DNA of 61,373 nt. Source: an uncultured virus (IMG/VR IMGVR_UViG_3300009128_001768). Lineage: Duplodnaviria; Heunggongvirae; Uroviricota; Caudoviricetes. Positions 18,774 to 27,320 of the stretch are shown piece after piece. The notes under the pieces were generated by a model, which did no database searches, had not been told where the DNA came from, and worked only from the letters and a program-made list of their open reading frames with translations. The position numbers and the translations under genes are program-made. The DNA lies in IMG/VR virus record IMGVR_UViG_3300009128_001768, positions 62,001 to 123,373 of that record; one strand, given 5' to 3'. How positions within the stretch are numbered: the first letter of the stretch is position 1; every line of letters begins with the position of its first letter.

Positions 18774-21700
18774 CAGTACTTCCTCATATCACCAACAAGT
18801 TGTCGGAGTAGTATTATCCCCTTAAGATTTCTACGAGTACTCTCGCCGAGATATACATCACCAGAACCATACGCGACCTTCGGTCGCTCGAGGCCATGGC
18901 CCTCAATTATAAAATTGAACCCCAGATAATTTGTCTTTCGAGGAATAAGGCTCTCAATAATCACATCAAATGAATCATCAAGCCATCTAAAGAAATCAAA
19001 CAGCTTTTTGTAATTAATGGACTCTGTTAAGCGATTAAAATATATTTTTCTTAATCTAGCAAGATCTGGATACTCTTCTGCAAACATCAGCTCTGGGGCG
19101 CCTAACGCGAGATCAAGTGCGTCGAGAGTCGCATAGATGTTCATTATGTCTTCGTCAAGGGCTTGCATTATAGAAAATTCAATCATAAACCGGGTGTCAT
19201 CAACTGGTTCAGCGGATTTAACGATCTCATAAACTGGGGCTGGATTACCGCCCAGCTCAAAAAGATTTTTTCCTTGAGTGAACCCGGCCACTCGAACCTT
19301 ATTCTGTTCTGGCATCTCATCGTAATTTGGGGATAAAAAGCTAAAATCAAAACGCTCGGGCTGTATAATACGTTTTTTGGCTTCAAATCCAAATGCCGTT
19401 GCGCCGCTAGCATTGCCACCGGCGGAAACAGGATTGAAGTTTTGCGAAAAATCAACCAGCGGTAAAGTACCCAATTCATTGCTTTCTGTGCTAGGCTGAT
19501 CTGTCGAAACATCAATACGAAGCTTCTCAAATGAACCCGTTACATCTGACGAAAAGCCAAAGTTAACAAGCGGGTCCTTCACGCCAAGCGACTTGAAATT
19601 TAAAATATGTTCTTTCGATTCATCTTCATCGAGCGCTTTTGACCAGAACCTGCAATGCCCCCAAAGGCCGTCAAAACGAGTTGTTCTTGCAGTGTTGCTT
19701 ATAGCACTATCGTTTAATTGGTAAAAGCCGGTGCCAGTGTGGATATTTTGAGTACCAACCACTATAAACGAGCCGCTAGCATTAAGGATCGGATCAGACA
19801 CTGCATTTTTTCGTTGAAATAAATTTTCACCGGGAAGATCAGAATAATCGTTTTCAGCAAAGTGCGAAGAAGTTACATAATACTCAGAAACGTCTCCATA
19901 CTCTTGGCGGCCAGCTCTTATAAAATAGCTCGAAGACACATACGATCCAGCATGCTCTGATCGAATTCGACCACAAGAAATATACCAAGTTTTGCCATCA
20001 AAAATATCGGCGCCGGTTAACGGAAGAGCAAGCAAAGGTGCTGATGAATTGAAACCTGGTCGACAATACAATGTGAGCTGCTCGCCTGTTTTCTCGGCGT
20101 ATACAGCACGAGATATTGGCGGAGTCGCAACGAGGTTCAGTAATACCCTGTGAGAATTATCAGCAGCGCTGGGATTACCCTCGTCCTCTGACGCAGTTAC
20201 GTGGAGGCGAAATAAGCTCTGGTTCCAGGTGATGTCTCGCGCCATTGGAAACTTCACTCGAGTTTCGATCGTCCAGCTGCCTGACGTTAATAAGCCGTCT
20301 CGGGCGGCGTCTGAATATGTACCTCCGTCGGGATGTGCAACAAAATCGCCTGATATGTTCGGGTATCCCCTCTCAACACGTGATGCAGACAGAAACACGC
20401 TTTGCACGGCTGGCTTCACGCTATAAAAACCATGCGCATCTTCAACACCCGTCATATTCGCCATACTCCCAGAAAAATCTAGTAACGTAGACACTTCTGT
20501 TGCTTTTTCTCTTGCAAGACCCAAGCGTTGTGTCGAAGTGCCACCATATTCGACAAATCTGAATATGCGATTGGGGTCTATACCAGAGGCCCTAAAGACA
20601 GCCTTCATGGCATGTTTTGTACCTTTCGAAATTATAATTTCGCGGATGTTCGTTAAAAGACGTCGCCAAATCTCGTTTTGAACAAACTGCAGACTTTTTG
20701 TTATCTTCCCATCAACAATTTCTTCGCCAGCAAAAAATTGATTCATTTTTGCGTTTCTAAACATATTTGGCAGCTCGATACCATAATGATGCGCCAGAAC
20801 TGGTAAAAATTGATCAGCAATTGATTCTTCTGTATCATATTCTGCGAACACTAAATTACTAGCATGATCAAGCATCGATTTGATCAAGTCAAACTCTCTT
20901 GCCCACACAAAAAGAAGCGAAGAAATAATCTGGGGTTGTCCCAACTGCGCGCCGCCAGGTGCGCTGTAGTCGACGGAAGTAGTTGATGATAAGCCGTCCA
21001 TCAACGAACCATCAGGGTCAGACGACACATCAAGCGTCGCCGCGGCCTCTGCCAAATAATGTTCTGGAATCAACTTTGTAATTAAGTTAGGATTGTTTGT
21101 ATCGTATGATGAGGCAGTCAATAATAATTGTTCGTTGAGCGTTAATACGGTGGGGTACGATGGAAAAAGCACAGGATGCTTTACAGACGCCTCAAATAGC
21201 ATTGGCGGAATGTTATCAGTATCAACAGTCCGCATCGAAGCGGCAAAATTGCTTATCCGTGAATGTAAGCTCATCCCAGAGTGGTCTAAAACAACATCGT
21301 TGTTCGTATACGATCCTGTTGGTTCATTAAAACGTAATGACAGCCTAAGACCGTCTTTCGCGAACATCGTTCGCTGGTTGTAATACTCTATGTCTTCCGT
21401 AGTACGTACATCAGAAAACACTCTGAATTCGTCAATGGATCCGCTAAATGTTTCAGCTGGAATAAATTCTGACCCTCCCAGTTGTAATGTGCTACCAGTC
21501 GCTATAAAAAAAGAGGCTCCGCGGGTAGACAACGATCCAAACTTAAAGCGTCGAGACTTAGCTGTTATCGCAGAACTGCTCATTATAGCTGCAAATTTCT
21601 TGCCTGGCCTCTTGTCATAAACGAAATTTAGAAAATGAAATTGGTCTTTTGGTAAAGAATAAGATGCAGAAATATGATCAGACCCGCTAATGACAGCAAA

Positions 21701-22348
21701 GTTTATATTAGCAGCCGATGCATCGCCTGAATCTAGAAAGGCAGCATAGCCCACCCCTCCATCACTCATATGACTAAAAATTATCTGATTATCATTCGCT
21801 ATGGGAGGCAAAAAAAGACGACACTCTACCGAAAAAGAGCGATCTAAAGGATCTAATATTGTTTTTGCAGAGCGGATTCTAGAAAGTGCTGGAAAAAGAA
21901 CACCTGCTCTATCTTTTATTTCGATATATTGCTTTAAAGAACTTGAGAAGGTGAGATACCCAGTATAGCTTGGGAAAGAATCTAAGACATGTTTCTCAAA
22001 TCCTGTCAGGTCATCCAAGAAGTCTTCATACTCCTCACGCGTTCCGTCGAACGGAAATTGATTTATTATCTTCTCAAATGCGATATTAACGTTTGATTCA
22101 GCAGAAGCAAAAAATGTATGGTTTTCAAATTTTGAAAAATCTAATGGAAGCTGCTGAGATGACTTAAGGGGTGATCCCGGAGGGTCATATCGAAACGAAC
22201 CTGTTGTAGAGGACGGTGCAGATCCAGAAAGCGAGGCGGCGCTCTGGTGCTTTAACACCCCCGAAGAGTCTGTATACCTTCGGATCACCTGCGGGGTGAA
22301 AAGTCGCTGGTTTTCAAAAACCCGCCTTATCTTGGGTCCCTTAGCCAT
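18773..22348 (-). CDS. Baseplate/tail-associated protein with LamG-like domains
   Basis: 1191 aa with FSGSIDEFRVF and WTIETRVKF LamG-like motifs. The central helical segment FLPVLAHHYGIEL...IWRRLL...KGTKHAMKAV is reminiscent of P2 gpI-type baseplate proteins. Confidence 0.6.
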   Translation of the reverse strand: MAKGPKIRRVFENQRLFTPQVIRRYTDSSGVLKHQSAASLSGSAPSSTTGSFRYDPPGSPLKSSQQLPLDFSKFENHTFFASAESNVNIAFEKIINQFPFDGTREEYEDFLDDLTGFEKHVLDSFPSYTGYLTFSSSLKQYIEIKDRAGVLFPALSRIRSAKTILDPLDRSFSVECRLFLPPIANDNQIIFSHMSDGGVGYAAFLDSGDASAANINFAVISGSDHISASYSLPKDQFHFLNFVYDKRPGKKFAAIMSSSAITAKSRRFKFGSLSTRGASFFIATGSTLQLGGSEFIPAETFSGSIDEFRVFSDVRTTEDIEYYNQRTMFAKDGLRLSLRFNEPTGSYTNNDVVLDHSGMSLHSRISNFAASMRTVDTDNIPPMLFEASVKHPVLFPSYPTVLTLNEQLLLTASSYDTNNPNLITKLIPEHYLAEAAATLDVSSDPDGSLMDGLSSTTSVDYSAPGGAQLGQPQIISSLLFVWAREFDLIKSMLDHASNLVFAEYDTEESIADQFLPVLAHHYGIELPNMFRNAKMNQFFAGEEIVDGKITKSLQFVQNEIWRRLLTNIREIIISKGTKHAMKAVFRASGIDPNRIFRFVEYGGTSTQRLGLAREKATEVSTLLDFSGSMANMTGVEDAHGFYSVKPAVQSVFLSASRVERGYPNISGDFVAHPDGGTYSDAARDGLLTSGSWTIETRVKFPMARDITWNQSLFRLHVTASEDEGNPSAADNSHRVLLNLVATPPISRAVYAEKTGEQLTLYCRPGFNSSAPLLALPLTGADIFDGKTWYISCGRIRSEHAGSYVSSSYFIRAGRQEYGDVSEYYVTSSHFAENDYSDLPGENLFQRKNAVSDPILNASGSFIVVGTQNIHTGTGFYQLNDSAISNTARTTRFDGLWGHCRFWSKALDEDESKEHILNFKSLGVKDPLVNFGFSSDVTGSFEKLRIDVSTDQPSTESNELGTLPLVDFSQNFNPVSAGGNASGATAFGFEAKKRIIQPERFDFSFLSPNYDEMPEQNKVRVAGFTQGKNLFELGGNPAPVYEIVKSAEPVDDTRFMIEFSIMQALDEDIMNIYATLDALDLALGAPELMFAEEYPDLARLRKIYFNRLTESINYKKLFDFFRWLDDSFDVIIESLIPRKTNYLGFNFIIEGHGLERPKVAYGSGDVYLGESTRRNLKGIILLRQLVGDMRKY

Positions 22349-23901
22349 TAAGAAACAACCTTAAAAGAAATATCCCTAAGCTCCACAATTTCCGAAACCC
22401 CGCTATCCTTCACAAGCAAGTCTATAGTATAGCTTCTATTTAATGGAAGACCAGCAGTTAATAAATCAATATACATTCCAGCAGCATCAGTACAAAGCCT
22501 TGTCGAATCCGTTACGTCATCGAATGGTATAATAACCGTATTCGTTTCAATATCTCTTATCCTATAATATACTCTATCAACCACAGCTGTCTTTAATTTT
22601 CGTGGTAGCTTGTAAGCTTTGTCTTTTAATTGCGCGTCGATATCTTCTATAAAGAGACGAATTTTCGCGGTCGAGTATTGCTTATACTCTGGCTGCGCAT
22701 TCAGCGCAGAGAACACCAAGCTTCTATTAACAAAATTATCAGTTCCGACTGCGGACTTCTTCACTGTAATAGAACTTGTCAGATATCCAATAGTTCTATC
22801 GATAGAAGACCAAATCTCTTTCAAGACAAGCTCATCCTGACTTCTCAAGGTCTTAAAAAATGTAGAATCAAACCTGTTAAGGGAAAATGAGGCAGAGTAC
22901 ACTCCAGTCATTCCCGCACCAGTTGCGGACCCGGTATGTTGAGATCCTGTTACAAAAATTGATTTAGCAGTTGGTCCAGACCCACTGATCAACGTCAGTA
23001 GTATGCAATTCTGACCTGTCAGTGCCGTATCAGATGCACCAGATCTAATGTTAGTTGCAGTTCCCCCAACAATATTTTTTAGGAACAAGCTCGCAGTAGA
23101 ATTAAATATGAAGCTTTGATGACTGTCTTTTATGGTATTATTCCATGTTACAAGAATTCGGGGTGCCAATATTTTGTTTCTAACGTGGCGAGAGGCGAAC
23201 CTTTTAGCGAACCTTGTTTTTGAATCTGTTTCGTATGACCCGCTAAAAGAAATTCTAAAGCCGTGGTTTGATAAATCACCAGCCAATGATGAAGAAACAA
23301 CCTTTGTTACGTCAAGTGATATTTTCCCAGGCCCATCACTGAAATATTGAGACGCTCCGAAGTCAGTTATGGAAGATCCCAGGACGCCAGTTGTGATATA
23401 ATCAATTCCCGAATCCCCCATAAACCCAGCTTTACCAGAGCCCGACAGACTCCATAATACCGGTGAGCCGGAAGAAGAATAGGATGCCGTCAAAAAATTT
23501 GCGGCGTCGACATCTAGAAAGCGGTTAACATCACGACCAGAGCCTTCAGAAAAAGCTTTAGCCAGTGGATAAGCAACAACCCAAAAATTTCTAGGAACTG
23601 GTGATCCTGTTTCTACCTCAGTTAATTCAAGCGTTGCTCTGAAGCTCGAGTTCGTAAAATCTAGAGAAGAACTCGCGAGTGTGGATAGCGTGCTGTAATC
23701 GAATTTTACTAATAAGCGTGACAGCTCACTAACAGATGACGTAACCCTAGTAGACCCAGAAGTATACGTAGACTCATCGTAGAGCTTAAACAAATCCAGT
23801 GTACCAGCCCTTCCAACATTCGTGTCGGTGGCTCTAAAACTATTATCAATAATTTTATTTGTGATGTATGTATCAGCGCTAGCCGTTAAGATATAAAACA
23901 T
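22348..23901 (-). CDS. Putative baseplate-associated structural protein (DNRLRE/CBM96-like N-terminal region)
   Basis: 517 aa with the pattern ADTYIT...RLLVKFD...LDVTKVV...NHGFRI...APRILVTW. Lies immediately downstream of the gp6-like gene. Confidence 0.5.
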   Translation of the reverse strand: MFYILTASADTYITNKIIDNSFRATDTNVGRAGTLDLFKLYDESTYTSGSTRVTSSVSELSRLLVKFDYSTLSTLASSSLDFTNSSFRATLELTEVETGSPVPRNFWVVAYPLAKAFSEGSGRDVNRFLDVDAANFLTASYSSSGSPVLWSLSGSGKAGFMGDSGIDYITTGVLGSSITDFGASQYFSDGPGKISLDVTKVVSSSLAGDLSNHGFRISFSGSYETDSKTRFAKRFASRHVRNKILAPRILVTWNNTIKDSHQSFIFNSTASLFLKNIVGGTATNIRSGASDTALTGQNCILLTLISGSGPTAKSIFVTGSQHTGSATGAGMTGVYSASFSLNRFDSTFFKTLRSQDELVLKEIWSSIDRTIGYLTSSITVKKSAVGTDNFVNRSLVFSALNAQPEYKQYSTAKIRLFIEDIDAQLKDKAYKLPRKLKTAVVDRVYYRIRDIETNTVIIPFDDVTDSTRLCTDAAGMYIDLLTAGLPLNRSYTIDLLVKDSGVSEIVELRDISFKVVS

Positions 23902-23908
23902 GTTGAAA

Positions 23909-25759
23909 TCACCTTACGGAAATCTTGATATCGGTATCTGGATATTTTAATTCAAAGATTGAACCATCTGGCCCTATTACCATTTGTTGAAATGTGTTCG
24001 CGTCGACGTTGAACGATACATCGCTATAAACTCTTTCCTCTACAGTCCCCGTAACATTCGTTACTTTGAGATCGACCAATGAAATTACTCCTTGCGTGTT
24101 CAGTACTACATTCGTAATATCCGACAACGCTATTGGCATATCAATTTGGAAGTTTTTTGTGTCTAATATTCTTGTCAAAGCCTTGATACACGACTGGGCG
24201 ACTTGTGTCTTGTTTGATGTTGGATGCGCAACTATTTCCAAGCTTACAGCAAAATTAACAACTTGCGCATCTAAAATATCAAATGCATCACTTACGGCCC
24301 GAAATTCGTTTAGATATTTCCGTAGGTTCTTCTTTAGCGTATCTGGAGTTAGGCCCAGCTTTTTATCTTTGTCTCGAGACACAACAAATATCTGTGATGC
24401 CAATGAATTAATTGGGTTCGGACGAACACCAACACGGTACACTCTCCCAAATTTATTGGGTAAAGTGTATATTCTAGAAACCAAATCTTCTTTCGTGATA
24501 ATTCTGTTCTGCGCTTGTCGGGAGGCAGGAATCTGAACTCGAAGTTCTTCTAGCGTAGGGGCGTTATCAGCACCGGAAGCGGGATCGTCATTCAGCACAT
24601 CCACTGACGCTCGGACTGCAGCTGCACCAGATGCCGGCGCCCTGCTATCAAACGTCAGTATTAGCGAGTCGACAGTCTTAATTGTCGATGCAGCAACATT
24701 ATGGTTCAATCCACCGCCGAAACGATACGTAATTTTTAGTGTAGTATTCTTTGGTGCTATACCAAGAGTGTGAGTTTGAAGCAACGAATTGGGGTCAATC
24801 GTAAATTTACCAAACGTCTTCTTACCATATAGCGGCAACGCTAGTTCAGCAGGGTCCGGAACAATATCATTGTCCAGCGTTGAGGCATCACCGGCGCCGA
24901 ACCTTAATTTAGTTAATTTTGTGTTGTAATCATAAGTCGTTGTGAATCTGTAGGGCGCAGGAATTATTTCAATATTATTAGGAACTTGATCAGCATCTTC
25001 AGTAGTATTTGCAACCACCTCAAAAACGGTGTCTTGTGTTAGGTTGTTCACTTCATAGTACACGTTCTCTTCTACATCTTTCACGCTTATTATTTCTGTT
25101 ATATTTTCAGACGCTAATGTTAGTGTTCTATAGGGTTTATGAACATTTGGAATTTTTATCGACTCCGTTTTTTCTTCACCAGAAAGACAAATTCCTAACC
25201 TAGTAACAACATAACTGACTGGATTCCCAGAGTCATCGGCCTCTACAAGGACTGCATTGTAAAGATAGTTTCCGAGATAATCTTTCTCTGTAAAATCCAG
25301 ATCTTCTACCAGAGAAAATGGAACACCCTTAGCAGAGGCTAGCCTTGTACCCTGTCCAACTTTTGGTAGCAGCGTTGGAGAAGGCTCATACTCGCTACCC
25401 ACAAGCTCGGCTGGGATTTCAAAATAAAATGTAACCCCGCAAACAGCCGGCGCTGCGCCCCGGACTTTAACACCCGCGCTTTTTAAGTGTTTTTGTACAT
25501 TTTTGCTCTCGATGGCAGTAGCCCAATTCAATTCGTTAAATTGGTGGTCCAAATAAAACGCCATCGAATCACCGACAAACGCAGCCATATCAAGCAGCAA
25601 CCCTCCTAAGCTAGCTTCAGTGAAATCTCTTATCTTATCAGGAAAGTAAACCCTCGCATGCGTTAATAATTCTGCTCGAAAAGAATTGAAATCTTTTGCA
25701 AGATAACTTCGCTGTAATTCTTTCTTAAGGTCTTTTTTGATGTCTGATGCCATTGTCAA
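23909..25759 (-). CDS. Baseplate wedge subunit (T4 gp6 / baseplate J-like)
   Basis: 616 aa with YLAKDFNSFRAEL, DFTEASLGGLLLDMAAFVGD..FYLD, LRFGAG, ITYRFGGG..HNV and QNRIITKED motifs. Confidence 0.85.
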   Translation of the reverse strand: MTMASDIKKDLKKELQRSYLAKDFNSFRAELLTHARVYFPDKIRDFTEASLGGLLLDMAAFVGDSMAFYLDHQFNELNWATAIESKNVQKHLKSAGVKVRGAAPAVCGVTFYFEIPAELVGSEYEPSPTLLPKVGQGTRLASAKGVPFSLVEDLDFTEKDYLGNYLYNAVLVEADDSGNPVSYVVTRLGICLSGEEKTESIKIPNVHKPYRTLTLASENITEIISVKDVEENVYYEVNNLTQDTVFEVVANTTEDADQVPNNIEIIPAPYRFTTTYDYNTKLTKLRFGAGDASTLDNDIVPDPAELALPLYGKKTFGKFTIDPNSLLQTHTLGIAPKNTTLKITYRFGGGLNHNVAASTIKTVDSLILTFDSRAPASGAAAVRASVDVLNDDPASGADNAPTLEELRVQIPASRQAQNRIITKEDLVSRIYTLPNKFGRVYRVGVRPNPINSLASQIFVVSRDKDKKLGLTPDTLKKNLRKYLNEFRAVSDAFDILDAQVVNFAVSLEIVAHPTSNKTQVAQSCIKALTRILDTKNFQIDMPIALSDITNVVLNTQGVISLVDLKVTNVTGTVEERVYSDVSFNVDANTFQQMVIGPDGSIFELKYPDTDIKISVR

Positions 25760-26253
25760 CTCGCGCTATAGATTATTACTTCAAGAATCCTGTTCTGGAC
25801 GTTTAACTTCGGAACACTATAAGTGATTCTAACACCGACTTTTGCGACGTTCTTGTTGTCAAAATACTCAGTAATGGGTTCGAATGTGGATGGAATCACA
25901 TAGGGCATGTATTTACCGACGGCGCGACTTATCCTATTTATCGCCTCAGTTTGCCCATCTTCGCTTTGAAGCTCAAACGACAACTCCATTAAGTTCGCAC
26001 CGAAATCAGGAAACCCCAACCGTTCACCGTGATTTGTGAGGATTAAGTTCTTAAAATTATCGCTAACTTGATCAGCCATAGAATAATTCATTTTAATAAA
26101 CTCAGTTCCCTCCGACGACAGCGCCACGGGGGTTTTAATCCCAAAAGCTATATTCCTTTTTTGCTCTTTCTGTCGAAGCTTCCGGGCCTCGGCTTGTTCA
26201 CCAACAGACCTAAAAGAGTAAACTTGTCTATCTCCTAATTTCGTTAACGCCAT
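25756..26253 (-). CDS. Baseplate protein, gpW/gp25 family
   Basis: 165 aa with the family signature NLILTNHGERLGFPDFGANL. Adjacent to the gp6-like gene. Confidence 0.9.
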   Translation of the reverse strand: MALTKLGDRQVYSFRSVGEQAEARKLRQKEQKRNIAFGIKTPVALSSEGTEFIKMNYSMADQVSDNFKNLILTNHGERLGFPDFGANLMELSFELQSEDGQTEAINRISRAVGKYMPYVIPSTFEPITEYFDNKNVAKVGVRITYSVPKLNVQNRILEVIIYSAS

Positions 26254-26268
26254 ACAACCACCTGGGGT

Positions 26269-26275
26269 TAATTAT
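26269..26275 (-). promoter_or_regulatory. Putative late promoter motif ATAATTA
   Basis: Lies in the 44-nt gap upstream of the gp25-like gene, followed by the SD-like AGGTGG. Confidence 0.45.
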
Positions 26276-26297
26276 CAACTTCTATAAATTCACCACG

Positions 26298-27317
26298 CTA
26301 TACGAAGTTTATTCCATTTTCTAGCATTAATAAGATAGCGTCCATGTTCACCATCTTTGCCTCAGCACCATCATCAACATACCCATCATGAACAAAATTA
26401 TCCCCGTAGTCAACAACTCTCTTTATTCCACCATAAAAATTAAGTAAAGGAACAACGTTAACGCCAAGCATCATGTCAGCTGAGTCAAGTGTATACGATC
26501 CCTGGGCATTTCCGCCTTCTACCGTTGTGGTCAGAGCAACATTCGGAGACCCCACCGCCGCGGAAGCGGCAGCGTTTGTTCCAAACGTAGTTAGTTCGGA
26601 CAGCAACTTGATGTAGTTATCATCTGGTAAAGACACTTTAATGATCGCTCTCCTCACAAATTTTTCAACCGCCAAAGCAATATAAGCTGCTAGAATTTTA
26701 CCTGGAGCTTCTGGATCTTCTGCTCCTGCAGCCATCCCAGATCGTCGGAAAGCGTATGCTATCTCATCGAATAATTGCATTCTTGCAATTGAGGGTACAA
26801 CACTCGTTATGAAATTACCATCATACGGAATTGGTGGCACAGTGTCCTTGTCATCTATACCAGCATCGCTAATGGCCTTATCGGCAGCTTCGTATATGGC
26901 AAGGACAGCTGGATCGTCTTCGGCTCTGATACCATTCAGGATCGGATCTAGCGTTTGAAAAACAGCGTCACCCATCGAAGCTTGTGCATCGGAAGATGCC
27001 TGTAATGCGTTAAAGGTCTCAATTGTTTCTTCATCTCCCTCTACGTCAGCACTACTCCCGCTTTTAGCAGGCAACGCGATTTCGGGGACATCGACGTCAA
27101 ATGCCAGCGGTAGTGTTAACGCCAGGGCGCCACCAAGAGTAGCGGCGGCGCCAACTGCGGCGGCGGAAATCGTAACCTCTTCCGCAGTGGGTTCAACAAA
27201 GGAATCGAGAAGTGCTGCTGTCGCCGCGGCCAGCTGGGCGTCTTCGTCTATTTGTAATTTGCCGAGCGAAAATGACCAGCTAGATTGACCAATTCCACTA
27301 CCTGATTCTTTAGACAT
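26298..27317 (-). CDS. Hypothetical acidic, Ala-rich protein in the baseplate module
   Basis: 339-aa ORF packed between the gp5-like and gp25-like genes. No recognisable motif. Confidence 0.6.
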   Translation of the reverse strand: MSKESGSGIGQSSWSFSLGKLQIDEDAQLAAATAALLDSFVEPTAEEVTISAAAVGAAATLGGALALTLPLAFDVDVPEIALPAKSGSSADVEGDEETIETFNALQASSDAQASMGDAVFQTLDPILNGIRAEDDPAVLAIYEAADKAISDAGIDDKDTVPPIPYDGNFITSVVPSIARMQLFDEIAYAFRRSGMAAGAEDPEAPGKILAAYIALAVEKFVRRAIIKVSLPDDNYIKLLSELTTFGTNAAASAAVGSPNVALTTTVEGGNAQGSYTLDSADMMLGVNVVPLLNFYGGIKRVVDYGDNFVHDGYVDDGAEAKMVNMDAILLMLENGINFV

Positions 27318-27320
27318 ACA

